Shown here: positions 41,138 to 51,242 of the stretch, in pieces
Numbering within the stretch: the stretch's first letter is position 1
Layout: each line of letters starts with the position of its first letter
Origin: a bacterium
GTDB taxonomy: Bacteria > Electryoneota > JAOADG01
Assembly (NCBI GenBank): GCA_963681965.1
Contig: OY820579.1
Coordinates: 3,296,001 to 3,360,000, forward strand
Direction of reading: 5' to 3'
DNA length: 64,000 nucleotides
Translations under genes and position numbers: made by a program
The notes under the pieces: generated by a model
The model's database searches: none
Seen by the model: the letters and a program-made list of their open reading frames with translations, nothing else
What the model was told of the DNA's origin: nothing

Positions 41138-42715
41138 CTAGTGACTCGCACTCCCTTTCGCATTCGGGAAGGCAAACCAGATCTTCACCGCTAGTACTGT
41201 ACCCAATACCGCGAAGGGAATCAGGAACATTTGCCAGGCACCCCATCCACCCTTTCCGGTGAAGAGAATGCCGAATACCACGACCCAACTGACGACCAGC
41301 GAGACACTCGCGGCAATCGGGTAAGTCAGATTCGTGCGTTTGACATTGATCATGATCAATGCGAGAATCAATGCGGCGACAATCATCGGACCGACTACCC
41401 AGCCGAAACTACTCATATTGCTCGAGGTCAGGTAACCGATACCGAGCGACTGCAACCCCGTGCCGAGGTAAACCATTCCGTCGATCATACCGACAGCAGT
41501 ACCAGCCGCTTTGCGACCACCGAAATCCATCGTCGATGTGCCGGAGAGCATACCGTGGACGCCGATCACCGCCATCATCATCACCGCGATCGTCCAACTC
41601 AACACCTGAATATTCTGATAGAAGAATGCCGCGACGATCGATCCCACAATGAGGATCGAATACTGTAGCGCGGCAACCGGACCACGACGGCTACCGAAGA
41701 GGTGATCCGACACCCAGCCTGCCAGCATGCCGCCGCAAACACCGGCAATCAGTTGCACCAGACCCCAATTCGCTTCGATCATCGGGCGATCGGTGATGAC
41801 TCCGGACTTCACCAACTCTTTCACGTAAATGGTGTACCAGTGCATCATACCGTTGCGCATCACACCGGAACAGAATTCAATCATGGCGATCGTCAGCATG
41901 ATCGGGCTGGTGATGATTTTCTTCAGCACGACCGATAACCGGAAGGTTTCGTCGGTATCGCCGGAACTGGCATCGCCGGTATCGAAATCGGGATGACCGG
42001 CTTTCGAAGGTTTATCGAACACGACCAAATAATCGATGATGGCAAACACTACCAAAATCGCTGCGGGAATCCAGAACACCCACCAAGTCTGATCGGTGGT
42101 GGTGCCAGCGATTCCGAATACCACCCGGATCGCGTATTGCAACCAGCTCAAATCTTTGAAATGAGCCACGGTTGCTGCTGCGATGGCATCACCCCAATCG
42201 AAGGCGAAGTAGAGACCCAATGAGATCAGAATTCCGAAGATCCCGCCGAAAATACCGCGCTCCCGGACATGGAACCACGATGCATTCACCTTCACGATCG
42301 ATACGGCACCGAACGATTGGAAATACATATTGGCGGCGTATAGGATCGAAAACAGCAGGGTGCGGTGGGCAAACAGCGCGCCGGTTCGATCGCCGAGGAA
42401 GGAGTGGGTAAACATGCCGAGCAGCAAATTCATGGCTGCAACACCGATCGCGCTCACCAGAATTGCTTTGCGACCCCCCATCTTGTCGGTCAACGGTCCA
42501 TTCAGCAGAAAGGCAAAGGCATAGGTGAAGGTTCCGGCGGCGAAGATGATGCCGAAATCCTCTTTCGTCATCAAGTCGCCCAGCGCATTTTTGGCGACGG
42601 TCAGATTGTACCGACCCATGTACAGGAAGGCGTACGTCAGACCCAACGGAAACCAGTTGAAGAAGCGTCGGACTTTGTAACTACTGGAATGCAGCGGTAC
42701 TTCGGTTGCAGACAT
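41138..42715 (-). CDS. MFS transporter, organophosphate:Pi antiporter-like (GlpT/UhpC family)
   Basis: YAFLYMGRYN, GPLTDKMGGRK, WFHVRERG, AGWVSDHLFGSRR, AAGTAVGMIDG.VYLG. Confidence 0.85.
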   Translation of the reverse strand: MSATEVPLHSSSYKVRRFFNWFPLGLTYAFLYMGRYNLTVAKNALGDLMTKEDFGIIFAAGTFTYAFAFLLNGPLTDKMGGRKAILVSAIGVAAMNLLLGMFTHSFLGDRTGALFAHRTLLFSILYAANMYFQSFGAVSIVKVNASWFHVRERGIFGGIFGILISLGLYFAFDWGDAIAAATVAHFKDLSWLQYAIRVVFGIAGTTTDQTWWVFWIPAAILVVFAIIDYLVVFDKPSKAGHPDFDTGDASSGDTDETFRLSVVLKKIITSPIMLTIAMIEFCSGVMRNGMMHWYTIYVKELVKSGVITDRPMIEANWGLVQLIAGVCGGMLAGWVSDHLFGSRRGPVAALQYSILIVGSIVAAFFYQNIQVLSWTIAVMMMAVIGVHGMLSGTSTMDFGGRKAAGTAVGMIDGMVYLGTGLQSLGIGYLTSSNMSSFGWVVGPMIVAALILALIMINVKRTNLTYPIAASVSLVVSWVVVFGILFTGKGGWGAWQMFLIPFAVLGTVLAVKIWFAFPNAKGSASH

Positions 42716-42867
42716 AGGACACTCGAATTTGAATGTGACGACAAAACCACTCACCACGCGAGCGGTTCTACAAAGTATTGCGAAATCGTAGACTTTACAA
42801 GATCAATCGGTCATTTCCGGTGGTTGAGCTTTTTCGACCAGTTTATTGAATTGCTATTATTATTTCC

Positions 42868-43400
42868 TGTATGGGGGCATCCCCGCATGCCCCCGTTCTT
42901 GAATATTTTTTTATCTTTCCCAATCACCCATCACCTAACACCCAACACCTATTCCCGCCACTCATCTTTTCCGTGGGTCGGAATTTATTCCGACTCCTCT
43001 TGTGTCCAAAAATGAACGAGGGCATGCGGGGATGCCCCCATACTGAAATGAAGAGTCGGAATAAATTCCGACTTACCGAAGAGGATCGCAGGCTTGGAAG
43101 CCTGCGCCACCAACAGGATGGGAGTTGGGGATTAGGAATTGGACATTGGGGGAAAAGATCGGTAGCGGCGGACTTTAGTCCGCTCTATTTTCTGCTTTCT
43201 TTGTAGCTGCAGGCTTCAGCCTGCGTTGTTTTTTCTGTTTATGACACAAGAGGAGTCGGAATAAATTCCGACCTACAGCAATACGATCCTCCTATCACAC
43301 AATCTTTTAAGGAGGGGCGACCCTCCGCGGTCGCCCGCTCTTGTATCTTTTTTCCCCCAATACCCACAACCTACCACCCACCCCCCATCTTTTCGCTATG
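42868..43400. repeat. REP-like mosaic
   Basis: Nested inverted pairs of GGGGGCATCCCCGCATGCCCC and GTCGGAATTTATTCCGAC, GTAGCGGCGGACTTTAGTCCGC, GTAGCTGCAGGCTTCAGCCTGCG. Confidence 0.88.
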
Positions 43401-43455
43401 TCAAAGAACCACCACCATTGTAACCTTTCGATTACAACGGTATAAAAAAAAATCT

Positions 43456-43800
43456 TTATGCGGCGGCGCGGGGTGGTTCGTGTTGCGCCGTCAGATCGAA
43501 GGAATACCAGAAGGCGATAAATTGCGGATCGACCCGGGTGCGCTGCTCATGCACATATTTGTGGCTGTGGACATACCCCTTTAGCCGCACGACCTGACCG
43601 ATGGTTGCCTGTGCGACGAAGCGCTCGGCAAGATCCCGGAACAAGAGCACATTGTGCCATTCGGTTTGTTGCTCGCCGCGATCGTTCGGACGGGTGGTGG
43701 TGGCGATATTGATTTTGCAGAAACTGGTTTTGCGACCGGGGATAAGCGGTGAAATGGCGCCGATACGCCCTTGCAGCCACCATTCATTGATATCGGACAT
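43456..43800 (-). CDS. divergent single-stranded DNA-binding (SSB-like OB-fold) protein
   Basis: INxxxLQGRIG, NIATT, EQQTEWHNVLLFRDLAE, GQVVRLKG; AAGGA RBS; no acidic DDIPF-type tail. Confidence 0.75.
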   Translation of the reverse strand: MSDINEWWLQGRIGAISPLIPGRKTSFCKINIATTTRPNDRGEQQTEWHNVLLFRDLAERFVAQATIGQVVRLKGYVHSHKYVHEQRTRVDPQFIAFWYSFDLTAQHEPPRAAA

Positions 43801-44000
43801 GGTTGGATTCCTTTCGCGGAAGATACGGTGAGATTTTTTATAAAAGAGTCTTTGTTGGTCAAAAATCGCAGCAGTAAGCGTCGGAGCTGGATGGTTGGTG
43901 ATATTTGATGATGTGAATGCACAGTGCCAATGGAAGTTTTAATCGTTTTTTTCTTTTCCCCACTCCCCAACACCCAACACCTATTCCCCATCTTGTATAT

Positions 44001-44029
44001 AATATAATACATTTTTAGGCAAAAGTCAA
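44001..44029 (-). promoter_or_regulatory. sigma70-type promoter upstream of the SSB-like gene
   Basis: Minus strand TTGACT-17 bp-TATATT. Confidence 0.6.
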
Positions 44030-44278
44030 GAGTTATTTTTGATTCGGCAAAATAAATTCGACACAATTTTAAGCATCCATTAATTATTCAAAACATATAA
44101 ATTCAAGAATTGCCTAATTCACCAAACCGGAATCGGACTCTCGGAAGCATTTACATTACAATTCTAGATAAGTGTATTATTTATATTGAATTATCGGAGT
44201 TATCCACCAGTGATGCCGAATTTATCACCGGAAATTGCGATTAAATGATGTATTCACAACAATATAAAGATGTCAACC

Positions 44279-44415
44279 GAGTCTTTATCTCTAGAGTCTT
44301 CTTTAGAGTCTTTACTCTAGAGTCATACTGCGAGCAAAAAAAGAATCTTTAGAGGTAACGAGGAAAGATACAGAAGATTCCGAGTCCAGAGTTTTTAGTG
44401 GACTCTAGAGTCCTA
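44279..44415. repeat. short imperfect tandem GAGTC/TCTAGAG repeats (12-15 bp period)
   Basis: GAGTCTTTATCTCTA GAGTCTTCTTTA GAGTCTTTACTCTA GAGTC ... GACTCTAGAGTC. Confidence 0.7.
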
Positions 44416-44469
44416 AAAAGAAGATTCTAAAGAAAAACTTGATTGCGAGTTTTTTTTGCTTCGCTCACG

Positions 44470-45470
44470 CGCCTACCGGCGCGACCACCCCCAACCCCCG
44501 CCAGCGGGGGCTACAAGATGGGTGGTGGATGGTAGGTTGTGGGCGTTGGGGAATAAAAAAAAAGAGAGCGGGCGGACACGGGGGTCCGCCCCTACTAAAA
44601 AGATTGGGTGATAGGAGGATCGAATTGCTGTTGGTCAGAACTTGTTCTGACCACCTCCTGTGTCTTGTCTTTGGTGGCGCAGGCCTCCGAGCCTGCGTGC
44701 ATCTTCTTTTCCGTAGGTCAGAACTTGTTCTGACCACCTCCTGTGTCAGGAAGTATGTCGGAATTTATTCCGACTCCTCTTGTGTCATAATCAGAAAAAA
44801 AACGCAGGCTGAAGTCTGCGGCTACAAAGAAAGCAGAACTTAGAGCGGACTAAAGTCCGCCGCTACCGATCTTTTCCCCCAATTCCCAATTCCTAACCCC
44901 CAACTCCCATCCTGTTGGTGGCGCAGGCCTCCGAGCCTGCGAGTATCTTCTTTTCCGTAGGTCAGAACTTGTTCTGACCACCTCCTGTGTCAGGAAGTAG
45001 GTCGGAATTTATTCCGACTCCTCTTGTTTACATATCAGGATACATACTCGGCGTCAGGCGCTGCCTGCCGCTTCGGGCGTATGCCATACGCCCCTACGAA
45101 AAATGGGTGGTGGGTGGTAGGTTGTGGGTATTGGGGTAAAAAAGATACAAGAGCGGGCGTTCGCGGAGGGTCACCCCACTGCAGGATACAGGATCAAAAA
45201 AGATACAAGAACGCAGGCTGAAGCCTGCGGCTACAAAGAAAGCAGAACTTAGAGCGGACTAAAGTCCGCCGCTACCTATCTTTTTCCCCAATTCCCAATT
45301 CCTAACCCCCAACTCCCATCCTGTTGGTGGCGCAGGCCTCCGAGCCTGCGTGCATCTTCTTTTCCGTATGTCGGAATTTATTCCGACTCCTCTTGTTCAC
45401 ATATCAGGATACATACTCGGCGTCAGGCGCTGCCTGCCGCTTCGGGCGTATGCCATACGCCCCTACGGAA
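44470..45470. repeat. REP-like mosaic with repeated super-units
   Basis: GGTGGCGCAGGCCTCCGAGCCTGCG...GTCGGAATTTATTCCGAC block at about 44672, 44916 and 45325; other blocks duplicated. Confidence 0.9.
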
Positions 45471-45480
45471 AAGAAAAAAA

Positions 45481-47088
45481 TTACATCCGGAAAACCGGTG
45501 GATTGGTCAATCCGATCGGTGCATTCAGCGCCGCGCTGATCCCCAATGCCAACTGTTTGCGGGTTTCCGTCGGATCGAGAATGCCATCGTCCCAGAGCCG
45601 CGCGCTGGAATAGTAGGGATGCCCTTCACGCTCGTATTTGTCGAGAATCGGTTGCTTGAATGCCGCCTGTTCCGCCACCGACAGCCCTTTCCCCTTGACC
45701 GCCAGCGCATCCATCTTCACCGTCAACAGCACATTCGCCGCCTGCTCCCCACCCATCACGCTGATGCGCGAATTCGGCCACATCCAGAGCATCCGCGGCT
45801 GATACGCGCGCCCGCACATACCGTAATTCCCGGCACCGAAACTGCCACCGATGATCACCGTGAATTTCGGCACGGCAGCCGTCGCAACCGCCTGCACTAA
45901 TTTCGCGCCATCTTTCGCAATTCCACCCTGTTCATACTTCTTTCCGACCATAAAACCGGTAATATTCTGCAAAAACAGTAGTGGAATCCGTCTCTGCGTG
46001 CATAATTCGATGAAATGTGCTCCTTTCAACGCCGATTCACTGAATAAAACACCATTATTTGCCAATATTCCCACCGGATAGCCGTGAATCCGCGCAAAAC
46101 CGGTCACCAACGTATCGCCGTAGCGCGCTTTGAATTCATGCATCCGCGAATCATCAACCAGCCGTGCAATCACTTCCCGGACATCGAACGGCTTGCGCGT
46201 ATCGCGCGGTAAAATCCCATAGAGTTCGGAAGGATCGTACAACGGATCGACCGGCGCGACGATATCGAGCTCGGCATGCTTCACAATATTCAAATTTTCG
46301 ACAATGCTCCGGCACAATTCGATCGCATGTAAATCGTCGACGGCAAAATGATCGGCAACGCCGCTGATCCGGGTGTGGACATCGGCACCGCCCAGCTCCT
46401 CCGCCGTGACCACTTCCCCAGTCGCGGCTTTCACCAGCGGCGGTCCCCCCAAAAAGATGGTGCCATTCCCCTTGACAATAATCGTCTCGTCGGACATCGC
46501 GGGTACATACGCGCCACCGGCAGTACAACTCCCCATCACCACTGCGATCTGCGGAATCCGCGCTGCCGACAAATTCGCCTGATTGTAGAAGATCCGTCCG
46601 AAATGATCGCGGTCGGGAAATACTTCATCCTGTCGAGGAAGAAACGCACCACCGCTATCGACCAGATAAATGCACGGCAGATGATTCTCCAATGCAATTT
46701 CTTGTGCGCGCAGATGTTTCTTCACCGTCAGCGGATAATAGGTTCCTCCTTTGACTGTCGCATCGTTCGCAATCACCACGCATTGCCGACCACTCACTTG
46801 AATCACTCCGGCGATAATACCTGCGGCAGGAACATCCTCGCCATAGACCTCGAATGCGGCGAGCGGCGAGAATTCCAGAAACGGCGTCCCCGCGTCGCGC
46901 AGCCGGTCGATGCGCTCGCGCGCTGTCAGCTTGCCGCGCTTGCGATGTTTCTCGACGGCTTCCGCCGAACCCATCGCATGAATCCGCGCCAACTCTTCGT
47001 TCAATGACGCTGCCAGCGCCAGATTGTGTTCGCGATTCGCGATAAAATTCGGATCACTCGTTACGATTTTCGAGACTATTCGTTCCAT
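45481..47088 (-). CDS. mccB: methylcrotonyl-CoA carboxylase carboxyltransferase (beta) subunit
   Basis: [62 protein letters not shown]. Confidence 0.93.
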   Translation of the reverse strand: MERIVSKIVTSDPNFIANREHNLALAASLNEELARIHAMGSAEAVEKHRKRGKLTARERIDRLRDAGTPFLEFSPLAAFEVYGEDVPAAGIIAGVIQVSGRQCVVIANDATVKGGTYYPLTVKKHLRAQEIALENHLPCIYLVDSGGAFLPRQDEVFPDRDHFGRIFYNQANLSAARIPQIAVVMGSCTAGGAYVPAMSDETIIVKGNGTIFLGGPPLVKAATGEVVTAEELGGADVHTRISGVADHFAVDDLHAIELCRSIVENLNIVKHAELDIVAPVDPLYDPSELYGILPRDTRKPFDVREVIARLVDDSRMHEFKARYGDTLVTGFARIHGYPVGILANNGVLFSESALKGAHFIELCTQRRIPLLFLQNITGFMVGKKYEQGGIAKDGAKLVQAVATAAVPKFTVIIGGSFGAGNYGMCGRAYQPRMLWMWPNSRISVMGGEQAANVLLTVKMDALAVKGKGLSVAEQAAFKQPILDKYEREGHPYYSSARLWDDGILDPTETRKQLALGISAALNAPIGLTNPPVFRM

Positions 47089-47149
47089 TTGGTGTACTCA
47101 CTCTGAAATGATTCAATTGTATTTGTCGATATCCCGATCAAAAAAACAG

Positions 47150-47533
47150 ACACAGGAGGCGGTCAGAACAAGTTCCGACCTACGAAAAGACGATCGAGCG
47201 GATCGCGAATCGTCTTTATTTTTTGTAGTAGTGCCCAACTCCGATTGGGCATCTTGTAATCTTTTTTCATCTTTACCGATTGAAAAGAGAAAAAGATAAA
47301 ACGACAAAAGAGCCGATTCGGAGATCGGCAGTACTGCCCAACTCCGATTGGGCATCTTGTATTCTTTCCCTCTTTCGATTCCGATGGGTAATGAGGAAAG
47401 GATACAAGATACAAGATTCAAGATCGCAGGCTCGGAGGCCTGCGCCACCACAAGATGAAATGATACAAGACACGGGCAGACACGGGGAAACGCCCCACAA
47501 GACACGGGCGGACACGGGGGTCCGCCCCTACTA
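47150..47533. repeat. REP-like mosaic inside the leucine-catabolism operon
   Basis: GGTCAGAACAAGTTCCGACCTAC, GTAGTGCCCAACTCCGATTGGGC, GCCGATTCGGAGATCGGC, GGGCGGACACGGGGGTCCGCCCCTAC. Confidence 0.88.
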
Positions 47534-48400
47534 AAGAACAAGAAGCGAGCGAATGAAAGCGCCGGCAGCTCGCACTTGATCGAGCTTCATATTCGTCGCA
47601 ACATCGTGATCGTCGCACCATGAAATCAGCGCTTCGGTGCTAAGATTGCCGCTCGCGCCCGGCGCATACGGACAGCCGCCAATCCCTCCGGCACTGGTGT
47701 CGTACACCCGGATACCGTGTTGCAGCCCCGCTTCGACATTGCTAAGAGCATATCCAAAAGTGTCGTGGAAATGTAGCGCAAAATCGGTGATTGCCCACTC
47801 CTTCGGCAAGCGTTGCAACAGCGCCGCAACTTCGTCGGGCTGCGCTTTACCGATGGTGTCGCCCAGCGAAATTTCATCGATCCCCAACCGGAATAGTTGA
47901 TCGATCACCGGCAACACTTGTTCCGGATCGATCTTCCCTTCATACGGGCAGTGCCAACAGGTCGAGAGGTATCCGCGCACGCGCAAATCTTCCGCCTTCC
48001 AGATCGGTTGCATCTGCTCCAGCCGCGCGATACTCTCGGCAATCGTGCAATTCGTATTCTTCTTCGAAAATGTTTCGCTGGCGGCGACAAACACGGCGAC
48101 CGACCGGAATCCGGCATCGATCGCGGCTTCCAGTCCTTTTGTATTCGGTACCAGCGCCGTGTAGACCGTCATTCGACGCTTCCGGATTCCGGCAAAGACC
48201 TCCGCGCCATCCCCCAACTGCGGCACCCATTTCGGCGATACGAAACTGGTGACTTCAATTTCAGGCAGTTCGGCGCTGGATAGTAGATCGATATACTTGA
48301 TCTTGTCGGCGGTTTCGATTCGCTGCAGAATGCTCTGCAAGCCATCGCGCGGACCGACTTCGACAATTCGAATGCTGGGTGGTAATTTTTTCTCACTCAT
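47531..48400 (-). CDS. hydroxymethylglutaryl-CoA lyase
   Basis: EVGPRDGLQ, SFVSPKWVPQ, SLGDTIG, HFHDT, GGCPYAPGASGN. Confidence 0.95.
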   Translation of the reverse strand: MSEKKLPPSIRIVEVGPRDGLQSILQRIETADKIKYIDLLSSAELPEIEVTSFVSPKWVPQLGDGAEVFAGIRKRRMTVYTALVPNTKGLEAAIDAGFRSVAVFVAASETFSKKNTNCTIAESIARLEQMQPIWKAEDLRVRGYLSTCWHCPYEGKIDPEQVLPVIDQLFRLGIDEISLGDTIGKAQPDEVAALLQRLPKEWAITDFALHFHDTFGYALSNVEAGLQHGIRVYDTSAGGIGGCPYAPGASGNLSTEALISWCDDHDVATNMKLDQVRAAGAFIRSLLVL

Positions 48401-48920
48401 CGATTATTTCTTTCGGCATAGCCATCACCGCGAGGGTGCTTCCCAGATCGACCCGATCGCCGACCGCGAAACAGACGCGCTCGACGATTCCCGCGACTGG
48501 CGCGTTCAGCGTGTACTCCATCTTCATCGCTTCCAGTACAATCACCGGCGTATTTTGCTCAAGATTGTCGCCGGCATTCACGTAAATTTTAATCACTTTA
48601 CCCGGCATCGGTGCACGAATTTCCGGATCGAATTCCGGATTCTTGCCGTGATCGATGCGCTGTTCCGTCCCTTCGCGATCGACCCGGCGCAAGACATACG
48701 AATTCCCGCGCCAACTGATGAACCGGTCGTCGCCCTGTGCATCGACATGGCAATGATAACCGCGACCGGCAATCCGCACGTCGAGTCGCGTCGATTGCCG
48801 CTCATCCAGCGTGATCGAATATTCTTTGCGATCGATCGTTGCCAGCCAAGTGTGATCGTCCTTGCGAATGATCGCGACCGGATACTCTTTCTCGGCGGAA
48901 GCATACCGATACTCAGCCAT
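48393..48920 (-). CDS. biotin carboxyl carrier subunit of methylcrotonyl-CoA carboxylase
   Basis: APMPGKV, LEAMKME. Confidence 0.9.
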   Translation of the reverse strand: MAEYRYASAEKEYPVAIIRKDDHTWLATIDRKEYSITLDERQSTRLDVRIAGRGYHCHVDAQGDDRFISWRGNSYVLRRVDREGTEQRIDHGKNPEFDPEIRAPMPGKVIKIYVNAGDNLEQNTPVIVLEAMKMEYTLNAPVAGIVERVCFAVGDRVDLGSTLAVMAMPKEIIDE

Positions 48921-50415
48921 GATACACCTCCTCGCGCTGCCACGGTGAAAACGGATCGGATTGAAACGAGAATCCGGTGGTCGAGATGCCGCGATCTTCG
49001 TTGCGGAGGAATTCGCTTAACGCCGCCAATACCAGCGCTTCATCGGGAATATGTTGTTCCGGAGCGCGCCACTGATCGAAGTGTCGGGGGATGAATCCGG
49101 TATCGGTCTCGCCCATACGAAACGCGGGATGCTGCAATACTGCTCGTAGAAATTGGATATTGGTTCGCACCCCACCAATGCCGTAACGTTCCAATGCCCA
49201 ATCGAGTCGCTCGATCGCACTTTCCCGCGCCATTCCGAACACGGTCAATTTCGCGAGCAGCGGATCGTAAAATAGCGATACCGGCACACCGGCGTGAATC
49301 CCCAAATCGTTCCGGATATTCACCCCTTCCGGCGGATCGAGGTAACGGATGGTTCCGGTAGACGGGAGAAATCCGGTTTCCGGATCTTCGGCATAAATCC
49401 GCACTTCGATCGCGTGTCCGTGCTGCTGCAATTCGTCCTGTGTCCACGGTAACGGTTCGCCCATCGCAATTCGCAGTTGCATCTTCACCAGATCGATTCC
49501 GGTCGTCATTTCGGTCACGCTATGTTCCACCTGAAGACGTGTATTCATCTCGAGGAAATAATAATTCCCGGTGGCATCGACGATGAATTCCACTGTTCCG
49601 GCATTGGAATAACGCACTGTTTTTCCGGCATTGATCGCGTCGCGACACATCCGCGCGCGCAGTTCCGGCGTGACGAACGGCGACGGTGCTTCTTCGAGAA
49701 TCTTCTGGTGCCGCCGCTGGATACTGCATTCGCGTTCGAAGAGATGGACGATATTACCGTGTTCGTCGCCAAGAATCTGCACCTCGATATGACGGGGATT
49801 GACGAGATATTTCTCGATGAACACGGTATCGTCGCCGAACGCGTTCTTCGCTTCGCGTTTTGCCGATTCCAGCGCATCCACCAGCCCGGCAGATTCGGTG
49901 ACAATCTTCATCCCTTTGCCGCCGCCGCCGGCAGACGCCTTAACCAGAATCGGATAACCGATTTTTTCGGCTTCGTCGCGTACCCGCTCGAACGACGCAT
50001 CGTTCCACTGGAACCCCGGAACGACCGGTACACCCGCCTGCTGCATGATTTCGCGCGCCCGTGTTTTCGAACCCATTTCGGAGATGGCAGTCACCGACGG
50101 ACCGATAAATTCCATTCCGGCACTGCGAACGGCTAGTGCGAATTCGGCATTTTCCGAAAGAAACCCGTAACCGGGATGGATCGCATCGACCTGCGCATTC
50201 CGCGCAATATCGATAATCAACTTTTGATTCAGGTAGGTGTCAACCGGCGATTCGCCCGGCAACTCGTAAGCTTCATCCGCCCAGTGCAAGTGCAATGCGC
50301 GCTCGTCCGGCGTTGAATAAACGGCGACCGCTTTCATCCCCAATTCCTGAATCGCTTGAATCACCCGAACGGCAATCGCACCGCGATTCGCAATCAATAC
50401 TTTTTGAAATTTCAC
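48913..50415 (-). CDS. biotin carboxylase subunit (methylcrotonyl-CoA carboxylase alpha)
   Basis: [35 protein letters not shown]; GTG start overlaps the upstream stop. Confidence 0.92.
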   Translation of the reverse strand: MKFQKVLIANRGAIAVRVIQAIQELGMKAVAVYSTPDERALHLHWADEAYELPGESPVDTYLNQKLIIDIARNAQVDAIHPGYGFLSENAEFALAVRSAGMEFIGPSVTAISEMGSKTRAREIMQQAGVPVVPGFQWNDASFERVRDEAEKIGYPILVKASAGGGGKGMKIVTESAGLVDALESAKREAKNAFGDDTVFIEKYLVNPRHIEVQILGDEHGNIVHLFERECSIQRRHQKILEEAPSPFVTPELRARMCRDAINAGKTVRYSNAGTVEFIVDATGNYYFLEMNTRLQVEHSVTEMTTGIDLVKMQLRIAMGEPLPWTQDELQQHGHAIEVRIYAEDPETGFLPSTGTIRYLDPPEGVNIRNDLGIHAGVPVSLFYDPLLAKLTVFGMARESAIERLDWALERYGIGGVRTNIQFLRAVLQHPAFRMGETDTGFIPRHFDQWRAPEQHIPDEALVLAALSEFLRNEDRGISTTGFSFQSDPFSPWQREEVYHG

Positions 50416-51206
50416 TCCGGTTTCTCCACCCAAATCGGTTGACGCTTTTCGAGGAATGCCGTGATTCCCTCTTTCCCGTCGGGACTCATCCGGGCGGTAG
50501 CAATCGCCGTCGCCGCGGTATTTGCGTAATCCTGCGGGGCTACCGGCAGCAGTGTGCGGGCATATTTTTTCATCAATCGCTGTGCCGCAGCCGAACCCTG
50601 CAGGAATAATTCCAGTTTCTGCTGCGCCGCGACATCGAGTAACTCGTTTGCAACAACTTCGTGTACCAGTCCGATCTGCAGCGCTGTTCTGGCATCGAAG
50701 CGTTCGCCGGTGACACCAAGCGCGAGAAAATTCGAGTACCCAATTTTCCCGATCGTATACGGTCCAATCACCGCCGGAATGATTCCCAATCGTACTTCCG
50801 ACAGCGAGAATTTGGTACTTTCGGCAGCGACCACGACATCGCACACACTGCACAAACCGATCCCGCCACCCATCGCAGCGCCATGCACAATGCCGAGAAT
50901 CGGGATCGGACAATCGTAAATCGCGCGATACATTTCCGCCAACTGTAATGCAGCTTCGCGATTGGCGGCATAGTCGAGCGCGGCAGCTTGACGCATATAG
51001 TCAAGATCGGCACCCGCACAAAAACTTTTTCCGGAGCCCTGCAATACGATTACGCGAATCGATTCGTCTTTACTCAATTCGGTGAATTCATCGGTCAATT
51101 CGGTAATCATCGCCTCGCTGAAGGCGTTGTGCACCTCCGGACGCGAGAGCGAAACGAAGACGACACTTTGCTTGCGCGCTACGTTGAGTGTGGTAAGTTG
51201 AGACAT
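50412..51206 (-). CDS. enoyl-CoA hydratase family, probable methylglutaconyl-CoA hydratase
   Basis: RPEVHNAF, FCAGADL, GAAMGGG.GL, SEVRLGIIPAVI; operon context. Confidence 0.9.
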   Translation of the reverse strand: MSQLTTLNVARKQSVVFVSLSRPEVHNAFSEAMITELTDEFTELSKDESIRVIVLQGSGKSFCAGADLDYMRQAAALDYAANREAALQLAEMYRAIYDCPIPILGIVHGAAMGGGIGLCSVCDVVVAAESTKFSLSEVRLGIIPAVIGPYTIGKIGYSNFLALGVTGERFDARTALQIGLVHEVVANELLDVAAQQKLELFLQGSAAAQRLMKKYARTLLPVAPQDYANTAATAIATARMSPDGKEGITAFLEKRQPIWVEKPE

Positions 51207-51242
51207 CCTTTTCCCCCCGGAAAGAAATTCTGCGATATACGA

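Noticed and set aside
44439-45613. Short ORFs inside mosaics (also 12768-13226, 22067-22916, 31240-32242, 47113-47621, 60248-60876)
   Set aside because: They are translations of repeat modules, with recurrent [16 protein letters not shown] strings and no RBS or domain evidence
50416-50913. N-terminal extension of the 666-aa biotin carboxylase ORF
   Set aside because: Overlaps the enoyl-CoA hydratase in another frame; homology begins at VKFQKVLIANRG (GTG 50415)
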